From contig DAOPKE010000001.1 of NCBI GenBank assembly GCA_035390965.1, positions 24,656 through 88,655 on the forward strand: a stretch of DNA of 64,000 bases, in the 5' to 3' direction. This document shows positions 27,911-36,452 of the stretch, piece by piece. Position numbers and translations under genes: made by a program. How positions within the stretch are numbered: the first letter of the stretch is position 1; every line of letters starts with the position of its first letter. The notes under the pieces were generated by a model that did no database searches, was not told the DNA's origin, and was given only the letters and a program-made list of their open reading frames with translations. The stretch is from Bacteroidales bacterium (lineage in GTDB: Bacteria; Bacteroidota; Bacteroidia; Bacteroidales; DTU049).

Positions 27911-29686
27911 ATGGGGAAATTTTTTATTCTTGTGATACTCTTGCTTGCATTGATGCCGGCTGAGGGTTTTACGCAGTGCGGAACTACTGATCACAACGGA
28001 GCTGACTGGATTATAACCTCTTCGGATACATTGGGTGGAACGCATATCAATATTGGTAAATTCGAGGTTGCTATTGGTATTTGTGTTTCTGTCAATCCGG
28101 CATGTAAGTTTTTTGCAGTCGAAGCTGACACCATTTTGATTTATGGCAGCATCGACGGTGATGCCAAAGGTGATGCCGGTGGAAATGGCGGAACTGGTGG
28201 TTTGTATTGCAATGGTAGTGGTGTTCCCGGTTCCGGAGGCCATGCAGGTTTGGCCGGATATGGGACAGGGGGCGGTATTCCGGGTGCTGCTGCGGGAACC
28301 GGTGGAACTATTGAACAAATCTGTGGTGGCTTTTTGTGTGCCGGAAACCAGGATGGATTCAATGGTGGTGGTGGTGGCGCCGGCGGCGGCTCAGGTGGTT
28401 CTTATGGAGCTTCTGGTGGTGCCGGCGGGTATGGTGCTTATGGCAGCGGTTTCACCGGTGCTGAAGGTGGAGATTATGGCTCAGGTGGTACAACGTCTTC
28501 TGCATATGGAACGGCTGATGGCTACGATATTGCATGGGGATCAGGTGGCGCTGGTGGTGGCGGCGGCGGCGGTGGCTGGGCTACGGGTTCTGCCGGCGGC
28601 AATGGTGGCCGGGGTGGTGGCATGGTATCGTTGAAGGCCGCTCACAAACTTATTATGTCGGGGAATATCAGTTGCAATGGTTCTGATGGTGGCAATGGAG
28701 GCAATGGTGGAGGCGAATCCGATGATAATGGTTTTGATTGTTCTACTACTGGATACAATGCCTGTGGAGTTTGTTCGGAATCTGTTTATGATGCTGCAGG
28801 TGGTGCGGGTGGCGCTGCGGGTGGCGGATCAGGCGGTGGAATTTATCTTGAAAGCAATGGCACTGCAACCATTACCGGAACCATCACCGCGATTGGTGGT
28901 GCGGGTGGTACGGCTGGCATACCTTCAAGTAGCATGGGCACTTGTTACGACAATGCCCGGGGCGGCGGTGGTGGCAGCGGTGGCAGAGTCAAAATCCTGC
29001 TGAATCCCTGTATTACAAATCTTATTTCGCCGGTTTGCAATATTTCTGGCGGCACAGGCGGCAATGGTGTCGTTACCGGATATGTTGGTACGTCAGGTAC
29101 TTTCGAAGATGATTTGATTGCTCAGGAATATATTGCACTTGCTGGTGGCTCTATTGCTGATATCGATACAACATTTTGTGATTTTGGCGATGTGCCGCTT
29201 ATTTCATCTGTTGCTGCGGCTTCCGGTGGCATGGGAACCTATAATTATCAGTGGCAATACAGCACAACTGACAGTCTTTCCGGTTTTACAAATTATCCCG
29301 GGCAGACCAGTCTGACCATGGATCCATCTTTAATTTCGGTGACTACCTGGTTCCGTCGTAAGGTTAGTTCGGGCAGTTGTATTGAATACAGCAATGTTAT
29401 TAAAGCCGAAGTTGTTGATTGTTCAGGGTTTGAAGATAATTCCGGGCTCCTTTTCAGTGTCTATCCTGTGCCGAATGCCGGAGCGTTTTCTGTTCAGCTT
29501 CCGTTGGTTATGCAGAAACGGGCAGAAGGTTATATTTATAATTCCAGAGGAGAACTGGTAAGCGAATTCAGCATTACAGCCGGAGAACAAAAAACCGATA
29601 TTCAGCTCAATGTGGCACCAGGACTTTATCTTATAGTTTTATATACAGATCAGAATATTGGATTGAAAAAAATCACAATCGAGTAG
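27911..29686 (+). CDS. Glycine-rich (GGxGG repeat) secreted protein with Ig-like module and T9SS C-terminal sorting domain
   Basis: Signal peptide, then about 320 aa dominated by GGxGG runs, with four units of the form h-x-h-x-G-x-I-x(2-4)-G-x-x-GG-x-GG. This is followed by an FCDFGD...GGMGTYNYQWQYS module and then the CTD. Confidence 0.7.
   Translation: MGKFFILVILLLALMPAEGFTQCGTTDHNGADWIITSSDTLGGTHINIGKFEVAIGICVSVNPACKFFAVEADTILIYGSIDGDAKGDAGGNGGTGGLYCNGSGVPGSGGHAGLAGYGTGGGIPGAAAGTGGTIEQICGGFLCAGNQDGFNGGGGGAGGGSGGSYGASGGAGGYGAYGSGFTGAEGGDYGSGGTTSSAYGTADGYDIAWGSGGAGGGGGGGGWATGSAGGNGGRGGGMVSLKAAHKLIMSGNISCNGSDGGNGGNGGGESDDNGFDCSTTGYNACGVCSESVYDAAGGAGGAAGGGSGGGIYLESNGTATITGTITAIGGAGGTAGIPSSSMGTCYDNARGGGGGSGGRVKILLNPCITNLISPVCNISGGTGGNGVVTGYVGTSGTFEDDLIAQEYIALAGGSIADIDTTFCDFGDVPLISSVAAASGGMGTYNYQWQYSTTDSLSGFTNYPGQTSLTMDPSLISVTTWFRRKVSSGSCIEYSNVIKAEVVDCSGFEDNSGLLFSVYPVPNAGAFSVQLPLVMQKRAEGYIYNSRGELVSEFSITAGEQKTDIQLNVAPGLYLIVLYTDQNIGLKKITIE
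29447..29683 (+). other. T9SS type-A C-terminal sorting domain (last 79 aa of the glycine-rich protein)
   Basis: LLFSVYPVPNAGAFSVQL...YIYNSRGELV...LNVAPGLYLIVLYT...KKITIE matches the Por_Secre_tail pattern. Confidence 0.7.
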
Positions 29687-29703
29687 TGTTGTCACAATAA
29701 AAA

Positions 29704-29737
29704 AGCTGCCGCAATAATTTTGCGACAGCTTTTTTTA
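29704..29737. terminator. Bidirectional rho-independent terminator between the convergent glycine-rich protein and phoH genes
   Basis: AGCTGCCGC / GCGACAGCT stem (8 of 9 bp), 9-nt loop, T-run downstream and A-run upstream. Confidence 0.7.
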
Positions 29738-29752
29738 TTTATTATGGGTTTT

Positions 29753-31081
29753 TTACAACAAATCGTTGGCCAGATTGGCCAGTTCGCTTCGTTCTCCTTT
29801 TTCGAGTTTTACATGAGCATAAAGCGCATGGTGTTTAATTTTGTCAATCAGATAGCTTAGTCCGTTGCTTTGTGAATCGAGGTAGGGCGTGTCAATCTGA
29901 TGAATGTCGCCGGTGAATATGATTTTGGTTCCTTCGCCGGCACGTGTAATAATTGTTTTAACTTCATGCGGAGTAAGATTCTGGGCTTCATCGACAATGA
30001 AGCAGATATTGCTCAGACTGCGTCCGCGGATATATGCCAGTGGGGTGATGACCAGTTTTTCTTTTTCCAGAAGTTCGTCAATTTGGGTGGCTTCTTTGTC
30101 GCCGTATTGGTTTTTTATAAATTTCAGGTTGTCGAAAAGTGGCTCCATATAAGGGTTTAGCTTACTTTTGATATCGCCGGGCAAAAAACCTATATCTTTA
30201 TTGCTGAGCGGAACAATGGGGCGAGCGAGATAGACCTGTTTGAAAAGTTTTTTCTGTTCCAATGCTCCGGCCAGCGCCAATAGCGTTTTTCCGGTACCGG
30301 CAACACCTTGCAGGGTCACCAGTTTTATATCAGGTGCTGTGATGGCATGCAAAGCAAACACTTGTTCAGCGTTTCGGGGCATAATGCGGTAAGCTGGCTT
30401 CTTCTCAAGCTTTTCAATATTCCCTGTTATTGGATTATAATATGCGAGAACTGAAGTGCTGGTATTTCGCAAAATGAAATAATGATTCGGAATGGGTTTT
30501 TTAATGCCAACATCGCCGGGTAAACAAAATCCATTCTGGTAAATTGAATCAATGATATCCTTGGTTAGTCCTTCCACCAGCGTCATCCCGGTATAAAGTC
30601 CTTCAACATCTTTCACTTTGCCGGTTTCAAAGTCTTCGGCAATAATGTTCAATGCTTTGGCTTTCAACCGCAGATTGATGTCTTTTGAAACAAGAATGAC
30701 TTTGCGGTCTTTGTATTTCTGCGATAGCTTTATTGCAACATTAATGATCCGGTGATCGACTTTGTCGCTGTGATACAACTTTGTTGCATCCGGATTGCTG
30801 GTTTCATCCATAATAACAGTGAACATGCCTTTCGCCCGTTCAATTTTAATCCAGTCCTTGATGGGCTGATTGTCCGACATTTTATCAAGAATGCGAATGA
30901 ATTCACGGGCTTCGTAATTCTTGGTGTCATTCCCTTTTTTAAAAGTATCCAGTTCTTCAAGTACCGATATAGGCATCGCAACGTCGTTGTCTTCAAAGCT
31001 GTAAATCGCGCTGTGATTATACAGAATGACCGATGTATCAAGAACGAAAATCTTTTTTTGTTTTTGGGTTGTTTTTGCCAT
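29753..31081 (-). CDS. PhoH-family ATPase with N-terminal PIN domain (YlaK-like)
   Basis: PIN-like N-terminus (IFVLDTSVILYN...), Walker A (LQGVAGTGKTLLALA), IVDEAQNLTPHE, FTGDIHQID. Confidence 0.9.
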   Translation of the reverse strand: MAKTTQKQKKIFVLDTSVILYNHSAIYSFEDNDVAMPISVLEELDTFKKGNDTKNYEAREFIRILDKMSDNQPIKDWIKIERAKGMFTVIMDETSNPDATKLYHSDKVDHRIINVAIKLSQKYKDRKVILVSKDINLRLKAKALNIIAEDFETGKVKDVEGLYTGMTLVEGLTKDIIDSIYQNGFCLPGDVGIKKPIPNHYFILRNTSTSVLAYYNPITGNIEKLEKKPAYRIMPRNAEQVFALHAITAPDIKLVTLQGVAGTGKTLLALAGALEQKKLFKQVYLARPIVPLSNKDIGFLPGDIKSKLNPYMEPLFDNLKFIKNQYGDKEATQIDELLEKEKLVITPLAYIRGRSLSNICFIVDEAQNLTPHEVKTIITRAGEGTKIIFTGDIHQIDTPYLDSQSNGLSYLIDKIKHHALYAHVKLEKGERSELANLANDLL

Positions 31082-31234
31082 ACTAATTTGATTTTTTACA
31101 AATAAAACATTTTATTTTTGTCAGTATTGCACCATTCGGTATTACTTTTTAACAACCGATGGTTTATTTGCTTGTATTGAGGGATTTGCTATTATTGAAG
31201 TCAAGTTTTCGTTTTCCATTGTCAATAAAACATA

Positions 31235-31242
31235 TACTTTTG
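31235..31242 (+). promoter_or_regulatory. Bacteroidota -7 box (TACTTTTG) for the gap / PPDK-like / GAPDH-like operon
   Basis: Matches TAnnTTTG; 18-nt spacer to ATG 31261. Confidence 0.4.
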
Positions 31243-31260
31243 CATAGCGATTAAAATGTG

Positions 31261-32271
31261 ATGAAAAAAATCAAGGTGGGGATAAACGGATATGGGCGGA
31301 TCGGGAAAATGGTTTTCCGTATTCTGTTGAATCATCCTGAAATTGAAATAGCCGGGATCAATGATCCCATGCCCGAAAATTCTTTGCTGTATTTAATGAA
31401 ATACGACACTGTTTTCGGAATATTGAATGAAACTATTACTGCTGGCGATGATTCTGTAATGGTTGGTAAACGCCATATTCCGGTCAGCCGCGTTGTTTCG
31501 CCTGCAGAAATTCCATGGAAAAAGTGGGGTGTTGAGGTGGTTATTGATTCCAGCGGACGCAATAAAGACCGTGAATCGTTGCAGCAACACATCGTTGCAG
31601 GTGCTCAAAAAGTTATTCTGACTTGCCCTGCTGTTTCTCCGGTTGATAAAACTGTTATTATTGGTGTGAATGAGCATACGTTGGCCGCCGGTGACCATAT
31701 AGTTTCCAATGCGTCATGCACAGCCAATTGTGTGGCTCCTTTGCTGAAAATTATCAGTGATAGTTTTGGAATAGAAACCGGTTTTCTCAATACAGTTCAT
31801 CCTTACACCAATAATCAGCAATTGATTGATTCGCCGCACAAAGACCTGCGAAGGGGTCGCAATGCAGGGGTCAATATCATTCCCACTTCGTCAACGGCCA
31901 TTAAATGTGTTCTCGAAGTTTTGCCTGAATTAGGCGATCGTTTCAGTGGAATTGCTACACGCGTTCCCGTTCCTGATGGTGCTCTTACCGAACTGGTGCT
32001 GCGTCTCAAGTCGATTGTTACCATCACTGAGCTGAATATTGCAGTGAAGCACAGCAGCAAAACATCGATGAAAGGAATTGTCAGTTACATCAACGATCCG
32101 GTTGTTTCGAGCGATATTATCGGAAATCCACATTCATGCGTTTTTGATTCACTGGCAACCAAGGTTATCAATGGCGATACTGTGCAACTTTTGTCGTGGT
32201 ATGACAATGAGTTTGGTTATTCAAATCGTGTCGTTGATTTGATTGGATTAATGGCGAAATTCATCAGGTAA
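31261..32271 (+). CDS. gap: Glyceraldehyde-3-phosphate dehydrogenase, type I
   Basis: KVGINGYGRIGKMVFR, SNASCTANCVAP (catalytic Cys), NTVHPYT (His), IPTSSTAIK, WYDNEFGYSNR. ATG at 31261; the track start at 31258 is GTG. Confidence 0.9.
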   Translation: MKKIKVGINGYGRIGKMVFRILLNHPEIEIAGINDPMPENSLLYLMKYDTVFGILNETITAGDDSVMVGKRHIPVSRVVSPAEIPWKKWGVEVVIDSSGRNKDRESLQQHIVAGAQKVILTCPAVSPVDKTVIIGVNEHTLAAGDHIVSNASCTANCVAPLLKIISDSFGIETGFLNTVHPYTNNQQLIDSPHKDLRRGRNAGVNIIPTSSTAIKCVLEVLPELGDRFSGIATRVPVPDGALTELVLRLKSIVTITELNIAVKHSSKTSMKGIVSYINDPVVSSDIIGNPHSCVFDSLATKVINGDTVQLLSWYDNEFGYSNRVVDLIGLMAKFIR

Positions 32272-32329
32272 ATATGTTTATTCTTTTTTCATATAAAACA
32301 TGCTGTAAGCATCTTCAATTCAGGTAATC

Positions 32330-35300
32330 ATGGATAAAAAGTTTTATTCCAAAGCGCTGGAAGTCAATCTTAATCAAACAAAACAGGGATTTATAGACTT
32401 GCCTGCCGATCATAGATGGCTCATTTCTTTAAGCGAAAAGCACTGGGGAATAAATAAATATACTACCGAATTTTTTAACGAATTACACCATCGTTATCCC
32501 AATTATGAGCATCTGAGTAATGAACTCCGCAAAATTGCATTGGGCGATTTCTGGCTCTATTCAGGTCATAATGAATCATTGCGGGCACTCGGCACTATCA
32601 ATTCTGTTCTTTCTGAATTGATGGTGAAACCTGTTTCCGGAAAAATACTTGAACAGCTTGTTCAGACGCGTGTTGATTTTTGTGCTTCTGTTGCTGCTTT
32701 GCCTGAACCCGATGCTGGCTTGATACGAGAGTCGATTCAAAGTCTTCAAAATCTGCTTTCGGATCATGTTGAAATTGTTTTATCGAATTCAGTTTATATT
32801 CGTCAGAAATGGAACTTGCTTGCTGATTTGAAAGTGGTGAGTAAAGAGTATTTTGATTTTCTGAAAGTTCTTTGTCGCAGAAATCTGGATTACTGGCATG
32901 TAACTATGAAAATGGATCAGTGGTTGAATGCTCGCCGAAACTCATTTTCGGAATTCAGCAATGATGTTTTGAGTGAATGGGGAAGTACTGCTTATGAAAA
33001 TTACAGCAAGCGCATTGATGCCGCAAAGTCGGTGCAGGATTTAAGCGATAATGTTCCCTTGTATTCTGATTTTGCAAACCATTTTCGCCGGCTGGCCGAT
33101 CGGCTTGAAACGCCGCAGGATCGTTTCCAGTTTATTGTGTTTTTGTTAAGCACTCCTGGAATGAGCCATCTGAGCCATTTTCTGTTGGTTGATCTGAATG
33201 TGGTGCTTCGAACTATTTTTGATAATCCCGATGATGAACAGATGATTCCGTTTCTCACTGAAATTTTCAGTCTGTTTGGCGAAATCATGGATAACAATCC
33301 GTCCACTGTTCTTGATTGTATAAAAACCATCGGGCTGAAATTGTCATCGGTCGATAACCCGAAATTGTTGAAAATCTTTCAGCGAAAATGTCTTGAATTG
33401 GGTTTTATACGACCCGGAGGGCAGTATATGACTTCGGAGTGGAGGATGAATATTAATCCGTATCATGTGAAGAATATCAGAGTCTGGCTTGAACTATTTG
33501 AGTCTGCTCCTGAAAAATTCCAGACTTTGCTGGCTGGGTTAACGGCCAATCTGAAACTGGGTGGTATTTTTATTTTTGATACCGATCTGTTTCAGAAAGA
33601 TGTTTCTCAATTGTTGAATTCTGATATAAAAAGCACATTTAAACTATCGAAACAGTTGTGCCGGATTTTCCCGGTGTATTTTAATGAAATCGGCGCTGAG
33701 GGCGATTTACGCGATGTTACAACTCAGATGGATGAAATCAGTCACCGACAGGACCGGCTTATTCATTTTTTAAGAAAGCAGATTCACATCGAAAGCAACA
33801 ACACCCATATTGCGCTTACTGTTAATATTTTCCGCTTCTGGATTCATAAAGATAAAACCCAGCTCAGGGATTTTCTTCCTGAAGATGTGTATCTGGCAGT
33901 TGAGCCCGAAGGCCAGTTTGTCAAACATCTTCATGCCATGATTATGGAAATTTCGGAACAACATAATACCGATCCCTATCAGCTGATTCATCAGGATCCG
34001 GAGTTGTTGTCGCAATGGATTGATGCATGTGGCGATTTTCCGGTCAATGAAAAGAAGCGGTTGAAGTTTATTAGTCGCTTGAATTTCATCCTTGAAGAAA
34101 AATATTCGTTCAATACTGTAGATATTTGTAAGTACCTCCGTCGATTCAATTTTCTGGCTTCAACCGATATCGATATTCTCGAAGATTTGTTGCAGAATGG
34201 TCGTAAAGAGCAGGCCGTGAAACAGATTTATAAGTTCATGGAGCAGTTGAATGGCATCATACTTAGTGATAAAAAATCGGAGGGTTGGGAAAATATTTAT
34301 TATAAGCGGCATGTTGCATTTGGTATTCCATCCATGTATGGCGAGTATCACGAACGTCGGTTTGAATCATTGGGATTGATATTCAAACTGGAAAGACTCG
34401 CAGCTGAGCTTACTGAAGAATTGCGCCAGGATCTGAATTTGCATGTGATTACAGCCAATTCCTTACACAAAATTTCAAAGATTCTTGAACTTTACCGACA
34501 GGGAATCAAGCTTGATGGAATATCGATAAAAGGTTTTGATCTGAATCTGAAAATGTTTATTTTTAGTTTACAGTCACAGAGTTTCAGTTTGCAGCAACAT
34601 ATGAATCTGTTCAGGTTTATGAGTGAAAGCATCAGGGAAATTATTACCCGTTATTTCTTCAGGCCCTACGATGAACCCCTTAAAATTGTCATTCCGCAGA
34701 TTTTCGATTGCAACGAACTGAACGAATCCAAGCGGATGCAGTTTATTCATGCCAGGTCTGAGGAATTTTACCGGGGCATGCTGTCATCGGCATTTTTACT
34801 ACAAAGTCTCGATGGTTTTGTTGCAGAAGTGAGCGATGCTATGCATAAACTGGCAGATAATAATCCGCCGCAGATGGTTCGCGACATCATGTCGCTCAAC
34901 ACTGATATGATGTTGAGTCCCTTTTATTCGCGCACACCAGCCATGGACAATCAGGTTTTTCTTGGATCAAAAGCGTATTTTCTGAAAACCCTTTATTTAA
35001 ATGGTTTTCCGGTGCCGCCTGGTTTTGTCATTACAACAGAGGTTTTCAGAAGAATTGATACAATACTGCAACACGATGCTTTAACGGCAGCTGTAGATAA
35101 TCTTATTTTGCAAAATGTGCGCAAACTGGAGAAAATAACCGGGAAAAAATTCGGAAGCAAATCCAATCCGCTTTTGCTTTCGGTGCGTTCCGGTACGGCC
35201 ATTTCGATGCCCGGCGCCATGAATACTTTTTTGAATGTAGGCATTAATGAAGAAATTGCAGAAGGGTTGAGTAAGCAGGAAAATTATGCATGGACTTCGT

Positions 35301-36433
35301 GGGATTGCTATCGCAGATTTTTACAAACATGGGGGATGTCTTACGGTATCGACCGCGATGTCTTTGATCAGATTATGATTGATTTTAAAACGCGCTACCA
35401 TGTTCAGCAAAAGGTTCAGTTTAAACCAGAGCAAATGCGTGAAATGGCGATTTGTTATAAAGAGCTGATTCTGAAACAGGGTATTCCCATCGAAGAAGAT
35501 CCCGTAAAACAATTGAAGCAAACTATTTTAAATGTGTTTAATTCTTGGTCGTCTCCCAAGGCGGTGGTTTATCGCAAAATTCTTCAGATTGCCGATGAGT
35601 GGGGAACTGCGGTCATTGTTCAGAAAATGGTTTTGGGAAATCTGAATTATACTTCCGGAACGGGTGTGCTGTTTACTCATGCACCGCATGTGAGCAAGCC
35701 AGGTATTTTTCTTTTTGGCGATTATTCGCTGGTTAGTCAGGGCGAAGATATTGTGGGTGGATTGGTGAATCCGCGTGCGCTTTCTTCGCGACAGCCCAAC
35801 GATGATAACCCTGCATTATCCCTTCAGGTCTTGTTTCCCGATATTTTTGAACGTTTGTTGAAATTGGCTACTCACATGATCGAAGATAATGGGTTTAGTC
35901 ATCAGGAAATTGAATTTACTTTCGAGTCACAGAATCCGGATGATTTGTATATCCTTCAGACTCGTGATCAGGACCTCACTTCGCAATCGAAACCAGATGT
36001 GTTTTTCGAGCCCGTTGCTGAGGAACATTTGCTTGGCCGGGGAATTGGTATTGGTGGTGGGGCGATGAATGGTATTGTTGTTTTTGACGATAACGATATT
36101 CGTCATTTCAGAAAATCAAGGCCGGATTGCAACCTCATTCTTGTACGACCCGATACGGTTCCCGAAGATATCGGACTTATTTTTGAAACCAATGGATTGG
36201 TTACAGCACGTGGTGGAGCCACTTCGCATGCTGCTGTAACTGCTGTCCGGCTTGGAAAAATTTGTGTGGTGAATGTGGCTAGTCTTGTTGTCAATGACAG
36301 AAAAAAACAGTTTAGTGTCGGATCTGTTGTTGTTAGTGCTGGTGATGAAATCGCTATCGATGGCACCATTGGTTGTGTCTATAAAGGCAATTTCAAACTT
36401 GATGTTTTCAAAAATCAGTCTTTGTTGAATTGA
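32330..36433 (+). CDS. 1367-aa PPDK-related protein: unknown 874-aa N-terminal region + PPDK-type ATP-grasp domain + swivelling phospho-His domain; no PEP/pyruvate TIM-barrel domain
   Basis: Residues ~875-1367 match PPDK blocks by eye: GFPVPPGFVITTE, GKKFGSKSNPLLLSVRSGTAISMPGAMNTFLNVG, DCYRRFLQ, WGTAVIVQKMVLGN, TSGTGVLFT, SQGEDIVGG, EIEFTF...LYILQTRDQ, ILVRPDTVPEDI, LVTARGGATSHAAV (His1300, nt 36227-36229), GDEIAIDGTIGCVYKG. The stop comes 67 aa after that His. Confidence 0.8.
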   Translation: MDKKFYSKALEVNLNQTKQGFIDLPADHRWLISLSEKHWGINKYTTEFFNELHHRYPNYEHLSNELRKIALGDFWLYSGHNESLRALGTINSVLSELMVKPVSGKILEQLVQTRVDFCASVAALPEPDAGLIRESIQSLQNLLSDHVEIVLSNSVYIRQKWNLLADLKVVSKEYFDFLKVLCRRNLDYWHVTMKMDQWLNARRNSFSEFSNDVLSEWGSTAYENYSKRIDAAKSVQDLSDNVPLYSDFANHFRRLADRLETPQDRFQFIVFLLSTPGMSHLSHFLLVDLNVVLRTIFDNPDDEQMIPFLTEIFSLFGEIMDNNPSTVLDCIKTIGLKLSSVDNPKLLKIFQRKCLELGFIRPGGQYMTSEWRMNINPYHVKNIRVWLELFESAPEKFQTLLAGLTANLKLGGIFIFDTDLFQKDVSQLLNSDIKSTFKLSKQLCRIFPVYFNEIGAEGDLRDVTTQMDEISHRQDRLIHFLRKQIHIESNNTHIALTVNIFRFWIHKDKTQLRDFLPEDVYLAVEPEGQFVKHLHAMIMEISEQHNTDPYQLIHQDPELLSQWIDACGDFPVNEKKRLKFISRLNFILEEKYSFNTVDICKYLRRFNFLASTDIDILEDLLQNGRKEQAVKQIYKFMEQLNGIILSDKKSEGWENIYYKRHVAFGIPSMYGEYHERRFESLGLIFKLERLAAELTEELRQDLNLHVITANSLHKISKILELYRQGIKLDGISIKGFDLNLKMFIFSLQSQSFSLQQHMNLFRFMSESIREIITRYFFRPYDEPLKIVIPQIFDCNELNESKRMQFIHARSEEFYRGMLSSAFLLQSLDGFVAEVSDAMHKLADNNPPQMVRDIMSLNTDMMLSPFYSRTPAMDNQVFLGSKAYFLKTLYLNGFPVPPGFVITTEVFRRIDTILQHDALTAAVDNLILQNVRKLEKITGKKFGSKSNPLLLSVRSGTAISMPGAMNTFLNVGINEEIAEGLSKQENYAWTSWDCYRRFLQTWGMSYGIDRDVFDQIMIDFKTRYHVQQKVQFKPEQMREMAICYKELILKQGIPIEEDPVKQLKQTILNVFNSWSSPKAVVYRKILQIADEWGTAVIVQKMVLGNLNYTSGTGVLFTHAPHVSKPGIFLFGDYSLVSQGEDIVGGLVNPRALSSRQPNDDNPALSLQVLFPDIFERLLKLATHMIEDNGFSHQEIEFTFESQNPDDLYILQTRDQDLTSQSKPDVFFEPVAEEHLLGRGIGIGGGAMNGIVVFDDNDIRHFRKSRPDCNLILVRPDTVPEDIGLIFETNGLVTARGGATSHAAVTAVRLGKICVVNVASLVVNDRKKQFSVGSVVVSAGDEIAIDGTIGCVYKGNFKLDVFKNQSLLN

Positions 36434-36452
36434 AATTTAAAAGTAAATAATT

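Noticed and set aside
28141-29003. Three ORFs (73, 163 and 108 aa) in alternative frames or antisense within the glycine-rich gene
   Set aside because: They are artefacts of GGN-repeat DNA, which removes stop codons in other frames. Their translations are monotonous V/A/M/P strings. The main frame has a signal peptide and a T9SS CTD.
32330-36433. Possibility that the PPDK-like gene is a truncated or frameshifted ppdK pseudogene
   Set aside because: It is a single uninterrupted 1367-codon frame with a clean stop. An intact GAPDH-like gene starts 19 nt later, leaving no room for TIM-barrel remnants in any frame. The catalytic His and the ATP-grasp blocks are all intact.
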